Shown here in pieces: positions 37,953-49,678 of a stretch of DNA of 64,000 nucleotides (the stretch's first letter is position 1; each line of letters starts with the position of its first letter). The translations under genes and the position numbers were made by a program. The DNA comes from Amphiscolops sp. MND2022 (taxonomy: Eukaryota): contig OZ076409.1 in assembly GCA_964187785.1 (NCBI GenBank), positions 90,336,001-90,400,000 on the forward strand, read 5' to 3'. Below the pieces are notes generated by a model. The model saw nothing but the letters and a program-made list of their open reading frames with translations. It did no database searches and had not been told where the DNA came from.

Positions 37953-38237
37953 TTGCTGAGCGAGGTCGAACAGGAGCAAAGGCCTAGCGGGAACGAAGAT
38001 CGCCAAGCGATCGTAGTGGGAGCTGGTCTTTGCGACGGTGAGGGCGAGCGTGCATACACCGCATATGCCCCACATTATGATATTTCCGGGAGTTGACATA
38101 TTTATTCCTTGAGTTGGAATGGAGTTTGCTTAGTTTTGTGGTCATTTGGCCTAAAATTTTTAAGCCAAATGACTCGACGAAAAAAATAAGCCAAATGGTA
38201 TTAAGCCAAGTGACTGGTAACCTCTCCAAGGGGGTTA

Positions 38238-38413
38238 CCGTGTTTCTTCGAATAGAGGTCGCTCTCGAATATAGGCCGCCCCCGATTAGAAGCCGCACTA
38301 AGCCTCAAAGAATTATCCTAAAAGTAATAGATAAGCGTATTTCTTCGAATATAGGCGGCGAAATCGCTACGGAAAAAACTTACAAGCCGCGGCCTGTATT
38401 CGAGAAAATAGGG
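38238..38413. mobile_element. pogo/Tc1-mariner-like MITE
   Basis: TA-flanked; TIRs ccgtgtttcttcgaatagagg / cctgtattcgagaaaataggg. Confidence 0.75.
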
Positions 38414-40378
38414 TATGTGGTGGGTTTCCGAATTAAATGAATGGGTTTCTAAAGAGTCGAAGGAAGCACTTATTTTTGACCTGCCACATTGAAATCCCAA
38501 ATGGTTTGTATTTGTTAGAACTTGATTTTAGATATTAGGCATTTTCCATTGACCATCTTCCGTTACCTTTTCATTGCCAAACAGTTGTTGGTTTTCCCTG
38601 AAGTAGTGTTTTAAAATTTACGTTTAATTTATAGCTTCAAAACTTTTTAGTAAACGCTTCTTTAAAACTTTTCTCTGGTAAGTAGCTGGAGATCAGAAAG
38701 ACGAATGGAACGTGCAAAAAGAACACAGTAGGCAGTAAAAGAACTCATCATCATCATCAGTCTCTGGTAAAGAGAGAGGTTCTGCAGGTTTTTGTAATAT
38801 GCAGTAGTTTTGTCTAATTTACATCGTATTAATATTTCTGCGATAGCAGGAATAATATTGAAATCTGAACTTTGCAACTTTTTTCAGTCAACTTTTCGTA
38901 CGCGATTCGAGCACCTACTGAAAAGTTCAGTTATTTTGTTCGGCAGTTAGTATAACCGTGAGATTCAAATTTCTCAAGCTGCCGACGACAATTCGTTTCT
39001 CGTGCGATGAAACGAGCGAGTGGTAATTATGCATTCGTACGCCGAATTCATTGAGATGAAGTGAGCAAATGTGCGTAATTATGCTTTCGTAGGCCGAGAT
39101 ATTGAAATGAAGCGAACGAGTGTTAATTATTCGTTCGCCGAGAGCTTGTTTTTTTGCTATTACGAAGTCCAGGATTGAGTTTGTTATAAAATTATATTGA
39201 ATGAGTTATCAAAAATTCATGAATGAAGTGTTATCGGGGTACCGGTACGTACAGTACCGATAAATTCTTTACTAGTAACCTTGCCAACGCCAAGTTTTTT
39301 ACTTTTCGGACGCGAGAACGGCCGATATTTTGACGCAAGCTTGCAAAGACAACTTTTTAAAAAGGTAAAATTTGCTCTGTAAGGCAGCTGTTTGAGAAAT
39401 GGATTCAAAAATAGTCGCCATTGAATTGAAGCCCTAATTTTGGCTCATTTTGTTTTCAAGTGAATGTTTCTTGGAACTTTGGAACTTCACATCGGTAAGT
39501 AGAATAGTTTTGTGCTGCTTGTGATTGTAATTGGGAGTTCCCATTCTATTTCCCTAAAAAAACAAATAGTTTAAAACTCTTCTATTCGATCTATTAGAGC
39601 TTGTCAGCTACAAGCCCTGCGACGCGAAAGTGATGCTAGATAGGATTCCTGTGGAAAAGTTTCGATTGATTCGATAAAAAATTTCAAAGTTCTTCAACAG
39701 TAAATTGTTTGTAGTGGTAATTCACTTGAATTGAACCTAGTGAAAGCTGAACTGCACAAAAATGTTTTTGTTGACTAACTAGGCAAAGTTGCCGCTAGTT
39801 TATTAGAAGTAGCTTGTTATTTAATATAATTTTACTCTACACAAACTGCAATTTGATTGATTAAATTTGCGTACGATAACTGAATGTGTGAGTTGAGTAA
39901 TTGACAATTGATTTATTTAACGCGTTGACAATGAAATATGTTCTCTAGCGGTTTGTTTTTGCGCGCTTCTTGAACGACAATCGGATTATATTGAAGTTAG
40001 CTATTGTTACTCAAGATTTACTACTTAACTCTTCGCCTTTGAGGCTGAATATTAATGGCCTGTTGAATTCTGCTTCAATTTTCATCATTAAATTCATATT
40101 CTCATATGGGCTTTGTACTTCACTTCCTGAGATTTTAACATGCATAAATTGGCAAATTTCAATTGCTGCATTACTTGCCTTCTAATCCCATTAACTTCCT
40201 AATTGAGTGAAAGGCAAGGCAATAACGACTAAACAGAATGAATAAGTTGCGCGATAATTCACCAAATTTCGCTCCTGGACTTTTTGGTTCTAGCATTTTT
40301 GAAATAATCACAGCCTTTCATCTGTCTCCTCGTTGGTAATAGCTGAATTTTGGCATGTTTTTGTTCATTCTAGAAATA

Positions 40379-41247
40379 ATGGCGTACGATCCATACAATA
40401 TGTACAACAGACCTGGCCCTACTGCCTACGGCATGGCGGCTCAGCACTACGGGGCGGGGGGTTATGGGAGTTACCAGGCAAACAGCTACGCGCATCAGAG
40501 CTTGTACCACCCAACTGTGGGTCCCAATGTCTACAACTATGCCCAACCAGTAGCAACGGTACCCCCAATGACCCCTGGAATTCCTCTCGGGTCAACCAAT
40601 GCACCCCCAAAAAGCAGTATTCCCTCCTCATCAGGGATGTAAAAAAATATATTGTATTCAAATATATTTATTTTTGGTTTCATATAATACAATATATTTT
40701 TCTTCCAATGTGTTTGGGTCAATATATTTTGATATTTTTAATGTTGCCAAGTACCAAGGTATTAAGACTGATGTACTATCATGATCGTATACGCGATATA
40801 CACCTAACTCATTTCAATTTCTCGGCCAACTATAAAGTATTGGTGTAGAAATCGATTCAGCAAGTGGTAAAATTATTGATGGTTATAAATACAGTCCAAG
40901 AAGTGTACAAACGAACTCTTTGGTCGAACAATAGAATTTTTCCTCACACAAAATTGGACAATATTTTAAATATATTTGTTAGCCAATATATTAATACATT
41001 TGTCATTTTTAAAGAATAGTATATAAATATTTTACATCCCTGCTCCCCGTCAGATCATACATCGTCTGCTCCAAAATCTGCCACTGATTTGCAAAAGAGT
41101 TGCTACGATACAGGCTATAAGGCCGGATGTCAAGCTGCAATACAACAGTTCAGAGTAGTTCTACAGACCATGTGTTTGCCGCAAAGCGAAATCCGCACTT
41201 TATTGGCAAAAATACCCACCGAAAGTGAGAAGAAACTCAACAAATGA
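40379..41247 (+). CDS. Orphan Tyr/Gly/Pro-rich protein gene candidate, interrupted by a MITE
   Basis: GC-richer, coding-like MAYDPYNMYNRPGPTAYG...KSSIPS continues in frame after the insertion as SDHTSSAPK...SCYDTGYKAGCQAAIQQFRVVL...EKKLNK*. Candidate 5' UTR intron 39495-40373 (GTAAGT...ttcattctAG). Confidence 0.6.
40632..41042. mobile_element. hAT-type MITE inserted in a coding exon
   Basis: TIRs cagggatgtaaaa / ttttacatccctg; 8-bp TSD CTCCTCAT / CTCCCCGT (6/8 match). Confidence 0.88.
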
Positions 41248-41913
41248 TTTTCGTTATACTTTTAGATTTTACAACTTGATGCTGCTAACTCGTTTTTCTC
41301 GAATAAATTCTTTGTCGAAAAATGTTTTAATGCTGCTTGAGATGTCGTTTTCGGAGGCAACTCCTTCTTACAAGGAAAAAATACATGAATCTTCGGAATT
41401 TTGAAAACTTGATTAATGATGTTCAAATTTTTTCCATGACTCAAAAGAGTGTTCCGAAGAAGACCTTCTGATTCCCAAGAACTGATTCTCGTGACTCTTG
41501 GATTAGAACTACGAATTTTTTCACTTAAATTTCCGATAAATTAATCATGGAAATAGACATTTATGGAGAACATTTCGTAAAGGATTATTTTTTCTGTTTG
41601 TTTGGACTAGAACATTCACATGGCAACTGATTAACAGAATATTCAGGTGTTGTTTCTCAGCGTGTAAGGATTACTTCACATGACCGTCTTATGCGGTCTT
41701 TCTTTGTGTCTCAACAAGAAAATTGTTTGTTGCGAGCGCAGAATAATTACATCAAATTTTGAAAAGCAAATCTCGAGCACACGTGTGCAGCGTTTGAACA
41801 TTTATAATTGAGAATCCAAAAAATATAGTCAGCTTTGTTTTGTTCAATTGCTCAAACGTTAAATCAATATGGTCTAGAGCATGCTCGCAAAAGCTTTGTC
41901 GTAGTTTTTCATT

Positions 41914-44900
41914 AAAATGGCCACTCTACCAATATTACAGAAACCCAGTGTCAAATTACCAGTCTACAATAGGTAAGTTCTCAGCTCACATTGTTTAATA
42001 GCATGAAGATTACCATCAATTTCACGTTTACTCAAACCCCGTGCTACTTTTTGAGAAAACGTTCTTAGTTTATTATATGCAGAGCATCCCAGTGCTCAAT
42101 TTTTTTTGAATTTTTTTGAGAAATTTCGTTTTGAGACCCAATATTCTGTATTCGTATTTGACCTTGTCTGAGAGTTTTGAAAGTGAGCCCTGTTGGTCGT
42201 GTGGTTTGAGATTTGTTGGTTCGGATGAAAAATGCTCATCAATTCTTGATTAAAAGTGAAAAACAGGTGCTTAGCGCAAGGTTTGCGAAAAATACCCGCT
42301 TGACACCAAATATATTCAGGATATGAATCATCTGCATCGCAAATAGTCTCGTAGATAGTCATTAGAAAACTAAGTAGGCTGAAAGTCTCATGATCAATCA
42401 TCAGTTTTCATCAAAAAAAGCACTGAGTAGTTACTTTAGCGATAAGAAAAATTCATGACAGGGCCTCAGGAGTGCACCATGAAAAAGAACTCACCTATCA
42501 TGCCAGTACTTCGACTGGTTTTGGGAGACATTAATGGCCCTCTGCCTGGAAATGGTATTTCAAACTGAACCTATCAAATATTATTTTACCAAAAAGACTA
42601 TGATGGGGAGCCTGTTCTGGTTCAATTTTTTGGCATTAAACCAAGCAATTTGAAAAAAGGCATTTTTCTGTGCGAAATTTAAATGTCTCAGGAACAGCCT
42701 GGAAGATATTGCCCATACGAAACTAAAGAGGCCTAAAAGTTGCATTTGATCAATGTACTTCTTTGTTAATGCGGGGATGAAAGTTGTTGCAGGAGAAGGC
42801 CCCATGAGTGCACTATGAAAAATTAATAATCCTTTATGCCAGTAGCTTGAATGGTTCCGAAGATATTAGTGGCCAACTGAATCAAAACAGGTCCTCAGAT
42901 TCAACCTAAGTTTTCTAACGGGAAAGGTCTATGTTGGAACATCCGTCGACAAGACGTTTTCTACTGTCTGAAACGTAGTCCATAGTCTTGTCAATTTTTT
43001 TGAAAAAAAAAACGAAACGTGTCCCCATCATAGAGGACGAGAAATAACTCCATGAACGGCAACAAAAGTTGCTACAAAAATTACAATTGACACCTTTCAA
43101 ATTTACGGAAATGTGTACAAGCCTTTACACAGGCTTTCTTAGTTTCCAAAATCATGAAGTTTCGCTACAAAATCATTTCGCACAGCATCATTAATGCAAT
43201 CTTTTCTTTTCCCTTGAGAGAATACAGCACTATCCTGGAAAAGCGACAACTCATGTCATTCTCTCTCATCCAGAGGTGTGACAGCGATAGCGTTAGCGGC
43301 AATTCAGCATGAATTAGCGATAGTTAGCGACAAATTAGGGCGTTAGAGAACATTTTCATTCGCTAAACGGTATGCAATGCCGTTAAGGTGAGAACGATTG
43401 AAATTATGATTCTGCTGAAAAATATTGGTCTATTGGTGCCCAATCAACTTTGACAACTTTGATCCAGAAAATGGCCACTCTACCAATATTACAGAAACCC
43501 AGTGTCAAATTACCAGTCTACAATAGGTAAGTTCTCAGCTCACATTGTTTAATAGCATGAAGATTACCATCAATTTCACGTTTACTCAAACCCCGTGCTA
43601 CTTTTTGAGAAAACGTTCTTAGTTTATTATATGCAGAGCATCCCAGTGCTCAATTTTTTTTGAATTTTTTTGAGAAATTTCGTTTTGAGACCCAATATTC
43701 TGTATTCGTATTTGACCTTGTCTGAGAGTTTTGAAAGTGAGCCCTGTTGGTCGTGTGGTTTGAGATTTGTTGGTTCGGATGAAAAATGCTCATCAATTCT
43801 TGATTAAAAGTGAAAAACAGGTGCTTAGCGCAAGGTTTGCGAAAAATACCCGCTTGACACCAAATATATTCAGGATATGAATCATCTGCATCGCGAATAG
43901 TCTCGTAAATAGTCATTAGAAAACTAATTAGGCTGAAAGTCTCATGATCAATCATCAGTTTTCATCAAAAAAAGCACTGAGTAGTTACTTTAGCGATAAG
44001 AAAAATTCATGACAGGGCCCCAGGAGTGCACCATGAAAAAGAACTCACCTATCATGCCAGTACTTCGACTGGTTTTGGGAGACATTAATGGCCCTCTGCC
44101 TGGAAATGGTATTTCAAACTGAACCTATCAAATATTATTTTACCAAAAAGACTATGATGGGGAGCCTGTTCTGGTTCAATTTTTTGGCATTAAACCAAGC
44201 AATTTGAAAAAAGGCATTTTTCTGTGCGAAATTTAAATGTCTCAGGAACAGCCTGGAAGATATTGCCCATACGAAACTAAAGAGGCCTAAAAGTTGCATT
44301 TGATCAATGTACTTCTTTGTTAATGCGGGGATGAAAGTTGTTGCAGGAGAAGGCCCCATGAGTGCACTATGAAAAATTAATAATCCTCTATGCCAGTAGC
44401 TTGAATGGTTCCGAAGATAATAGTGGCCAACTGATTAAAAACAGGTGCTCAGATTCAACCTAAGTTTTCTAACGGGAAAGGTCTATGTTGGAACATCCGT
44501 CGACAAGACGTTTTCTACTGTCTGAAACGTAGTCCATAGTCTTGTCAATTTTTTTGAAAAAAAAACGAAACGTGTCCCCATCATAGAGGACGAGAAATAA
44601 CTCCATGAACGGCAACAAAAGTTGCTACAAAAATTACAATTGACACCTTTCAAATTTACGGAAATGTGTACAAGCCTTTACACAGGCTTTCTTAGTTTCC
44701 AAAATCATGAAGTTTCGCTACAAAATCATTTCGCACAGCATCATTAATGCAATCTTTTCTTTTCCCTTGAGAGAATACAGCACTATCCTGGAAAAGCGAC
44801 AACTCATGTCATTCTCTCTCATCCAGAGGTGTGACAGCGATAGCGTTAGCGGCAATTCAGCATGAATTAGCGATAGTTAGCGACAAATTAGGGCGTTAGC

Positions 44901-47900
44901 GAACATTTTCATTCGCTAAACGGTATGCAATGCCGTTAAGGTGAGAACGATTGAAATTATGATTCTGCTGAAAAATATTGGTCTATTGGTGCCCAATCAA
45001 CTTTGACAACTTTGATCCAGAAAATGGCCACTCTACCAATATTACAGAAACCCAGTGTCAAATTACCAGTCTACAATAGGTAAGTTCTCAGCTCACATTG
45101 TTTAATAGCATGAAGATTACCATCAATTTCACGTTTACTCAAACCCCGTGCTACTTTTGAGAAAACGTTCTTAGTTTATTATATGCAGAGCATCCCAGTG
45201 CTCAATTTTTTTTGAATTTTTTTGAGAAATTTCGTTTTGAGACCCAATATTCTGTATTCGTATTTGACCTTGTCTGAGAGTTTTGAAAGTGAGCCCTGTT
45301 GGTCGTGTGGTTTGAGATTTGTTGGTTCGGATGAAAAATGCTCATCAATTCTTGATTAAAAGTGAAAAACAGGTGCTTAGCGCAAGGTTTGCGAAAAATA
45401 CCCGCTTGACACCAAATATATTCAGGATATGAATCATCTGCATCGCAAATAGTCTCGTAGATAGTCATTAGAAAACTAATTAGGCTGAAAGTCTCATGAT
45501 CAATCATCAGTTTTCATCAAAAAAAGCACTGAGTAGTTACTTTAGCGATAAGAAAAATTCACGACAGTGCCCCAGGAGTGCACCATGAAAAAGAACTCAC
45601 CTATCATGCCAGTACTTCGACTGGTTTTGGGAGACATTAATGGCCCTCTGCCTGGAAATGGTATTTCAAACTGAACCTATCAAATATTATTTTACCAAAA
45701 AGACTATGATGGGGAGCCTGTTCTGGTTCAATTTTTTGGCATTAAACCAAGCAATTTGAAAAAAGGCATTTTTCTGTGCGAAATTTAAATGTCTCAGGAA
45801 CAGCCTGGAAGATATTGCCCATACGAAACTAAAGAGGCCTAAAAGTTGCATTTGATCAATGTACTTCTTTGTTAATGCGGGGATGAAAGTTGTTGCAGGA
45901 GAAGGCCCCATGAGTGCACTATGAAAAATTAATAATCCTTTATGCCAGTAGCTTGAATGGTTCCGAAGATATTAGTGGCCAACTGAATCAAAACAGGTCC
46001 TCAGATTCAACCTAAGTTTTCTAACGGGAAAGGTCTATGTTGGAACATCCGTCGACAAGACGTTTTCTACTGTCTGAAACGTAGTCCATAGTCTTGTCAA
46101 TTTTTTTGAAAAAAAAACGAAACGTGTCCCCATCATAGAGGACGAGAAATAACTCCATGAACGGCAACAAAAGTTGCTACAAAAATTACAATTGACACCT
46201 TTCAAATTTACGGAAATGTGTACAAGCCTTTACACAGGCTTTCTTAGTTTCCAAAATCATGAAGTTTCGCTACAAAATCATTTCGCACAGCATCATTAAT
46301 GCAATCTTTTCTTTTCCCTTGAGAGAATACAGCACTATCCTGGAAAAGCGACAACTCATGTCATTCTCTCTCATCCAGAGGTGTGACAGCGATAGCGTTA
46401 GCGGCAATTCAGCATGAATTAGCGATAGTTAGCGACAAATTAGGGCGTTAGCGAACATTTTCATTCGCTAAACGGTATGCAATGCCGTTAAGGTGAGAAC
46501 GATTGAAATTATGATTCTGCTGAAAAATATTGGTCTATTGGTGCCCAATCAACTTTGACAACTTTGATCCAGAAAATGGCCACTCTACCAATATTACAGA
46601 AACCCAGTGTCAAATTACCAGTCTACAATAGGTAAGTTCTCAGCTCACATTGTTTAATAGCATGAAGATTACCATCAATTTCACGTTTACTCAAACCCCG
46701 TGCTACTTTTGAGAAAACGTTCTTAGTTTATTATATGCAGAGCATCCCAGTGCTCAATTTTTTTTGAATTTTTTTGAGAAATTTCGTTTTGAGACCCAAT
46801 ATTCTGTATTCGTATTTGACCTTGTCTGAGAGTTTTGAAAGTGAGCCCTGTTGGTCGTGTGGTTTGAGATTTGTTGGTTCGGATGAAAAATGCTCATCAA
46901 TTCTTGATTAAAAGTGAAAAACAGGTGCTTAGCGCAAGGTTTGCGAAAAATACCCGCTTGACACCAAATATATTCAGGATATGAATCATCTGCATCGCAA
47001 ATAGTCTCGTAGATAGTCATTAGAAAACTAATTAGGCTGAAAGTCTCATGATCAATCATCAGTTTTCATCAAAAAAAGCACTGAGTAGTTACTTTAGCGA
47101 TAAGAAAAATTCACGACAGGGCCCCAGGAGTGCACCATGAAAAAGAACTCACCTATCATGCCAGTACTTCGACTGGTTTTGGGAGACATTAATGGCCCTC
47201 TGCCTGGAAATGGTATTTCAAACTGAACCTATCAAATATTATTTTACCAAAAAGACTATGATGGGGAGCCTGTTCTGGTTCAATTTTTTGGCATTAAACC
47301 AAGCAATTTGAAAAAAGGCATTTTTCTGTGCGAAATTTAAATGTCTCAGGAACAGCCTGGAAGATATTGCCCATACGAAACTAAAGAGGCCTAAAAGTTG
47401 CATTTGATCAATGTACTTCTTTGTTAATGCGGGGATGAAAGTTGTTGCAGGAGAAGGCCCCATGAGTGCACTATGAAAAATTAATAATCCTTTATGCCAG
47501 TAGCTTGAATGGTTCCGAAGATATTAGTGGCCAACTGAATCAAAACAGGTCCTCAGATTCAACCTAAGTTTTCTAACGGGAAAGGTCTATGTTGGAACAT
47601 CCGTCGACAAGACGTTTTCTACTGTCTGAAACGTAGTCCATAGTCTTGTCAATTTTTTTGAAAAAAAAACGAAACGTGTCCCCATCATAGAGGACGAGAA
47701 ATAACTCCATGAACGGCAACAAAAGTTGCTACAAAAATTACAATTGACACCTTTCAAATTTACGGAAATGTGTACAAGCCTTTACACAGGCTTTCTTAGT
47801 TTCCAAAATCATGAAGTTTCGCTACAAAATCATTTCGCACAGCATCATTAATGCAATCTTTTCTTTTCCCTTGAGAGAATACAGCACTATCCTGGAAAAG

Positions 47901-49678
47901 CGACAACTCATGTCATTCTCTCTCATCCAGAGGTGTGACAGCGATAGCGTTAGCGGCAATTCAGCATGAATTAGCGATAGTTAGCGACAAATTAGGGCGT
48001 TAGCGAACATTTTCATTCGCTAAACGGTATGCAATGCCGTTAAGGTGAGAACGATTGAAATTATGATTCTGCTGAAAAATATTGGTCTATTGGTGCCCAA
48101 TCAACTTTGACAACTTTGATCCAGAAAATGGCCACTCTACCAATATTACAGAAACCCAGTGTCAAATTACCAGTCTACAATAGGTAAGTTCTCAGCTCAC
48201 ATTGTTTAATAGCATGAAGATTACCATCAATTTCACGTTTACTCAAACCCCGTGCTACTTTTTGAGAAAACGTTCTTAGTTTATTATATGCAGAGCATCC
48301 CAGTGCTCAATTTTTTTTGAATTTTTTTGAGAAATTTCGTTTTGAGACCCAATATTCTGTATTCGTATTTGACCTTGTCTGAGAGTTTTGAAAGTGAGCC
48401 CTGTTGGTCGTGTGGTTTGAGATTTGTTGGTTCGGATGAAAAATGCTCATCAATTCTTGATTAAAAGTGAAAAACAGGTGCTTAGCGCAAGGTTTGCGAA
48501 AATACCCGCTTGACACCAAATATATTCAGGATATGAATCATCTGCATCGCGAATAGTCTCGTAAATAGTCATTAGAAAACTAATTAGGCTGAAAGTCTCA
48601 TGATCAATCATCAGTTTTCATCAAAAAAAGCACTGAGTAGTTACTTTAGCGATAAGAAAAATTCACGACAGGGCCCCAGGAGTGCACCATGAAAAAGAAC
48701 TCACCTATCATGCCAGTACTTCGACTGGTTTTGGGAGACATTAATGGCCCTCTGCCTGGAAATGGTATTTCAAACTGAACCTATCAAATATTATTTTACC
48801 AAAAAGACTATGATGGGGAGCCTGTTCTGGTTCAATTTTTTGGCATTAAACCAAGCAATTTGAAAAAAGGCATTTTTCTGTGCGAAATTTAAATGTCTCA
48901 GGAACAGCCTGGAAGATATTGCCCATACGAAACTAAAGAGGCCTAAAAGTTGCATTTGATCAATGTACTTCTTTGTTAATGCGGGGATGAAAGTTGTTGC
49001 AGGAGAAGGCCCCATGAGTGCACTATGAAAAATTAATAATCCTTTATGCCAGTAGCTTGAATGGTTCCGAAGATAATAGTGGCCAACTGATTAAAAACAG
49101 GTGCTCAGATTCAACCTAAGTTTTCTAACGGGAAAGGTCTATGTTGGAACATCCGTCGACAAGACGTTTTCTACTGTCTGAAACGTAGTCCATAGTCTTG
49201 TCAATTTTTTTGAAAAAAAAACGAAACGTGTCCCCATCATAGAGGACGAGAAATAACTCCATGAACGGCAACAAAAGTTGCTACAAAAATTACAATTGAC
49301 ACCTTTCAAATTTACGGAAATGTGTACAAGCCTTTACACAGGCTTTCTTAGTTTCCAAAATCATGAAGTTTCGCTACAAAATCATTCCGCACAGCATCAT
49401 TAATGCAATCTTTTCTTTTCCCTTGAGAGAATACAGCACTATCCTGGAAAAGCGACAACTCATGTCATTCTCTCTCATCCAGAGGTGTGACAGCGATAGC
49501 GTTAGCGGCAATTCAGCATGAATTAGCGATAGTTAGCGACAAATTAGGGCGTTAGCGAACATTTTCATTCGCTAAACCGTATGCAATGCCGTTAAGGTGA
49601 GAACGATTGAAATTATGATTCTGCTGAAAATATTGGTCTATTGGTGCCCAATCAACTTTGACAACTTTGATCCAGAAA
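41914..49678. repeat. Tandem array of 5 near-identical 1552-1554-bp units
   Basis: Unit-start ATGGCCACTCTACC at 41917, 43471, 45024, 46576 and 48128; the array ends at gatccagaaa (49678). Confidence 0.98.

Noticed and set aside
42096..49015. Repeated 101-aa and 74-aa minus-strand ORFs in the array
   Set aside because: No recognisable motifs, one copy is frameshifted, and they recur only because the DNA is duplicated.
41914..49678. Array as rDNA, histone cluster or CRISPR
   Set aside because: No rRNA, histone or repeat-spacer structure recognised; eukaryotic context.
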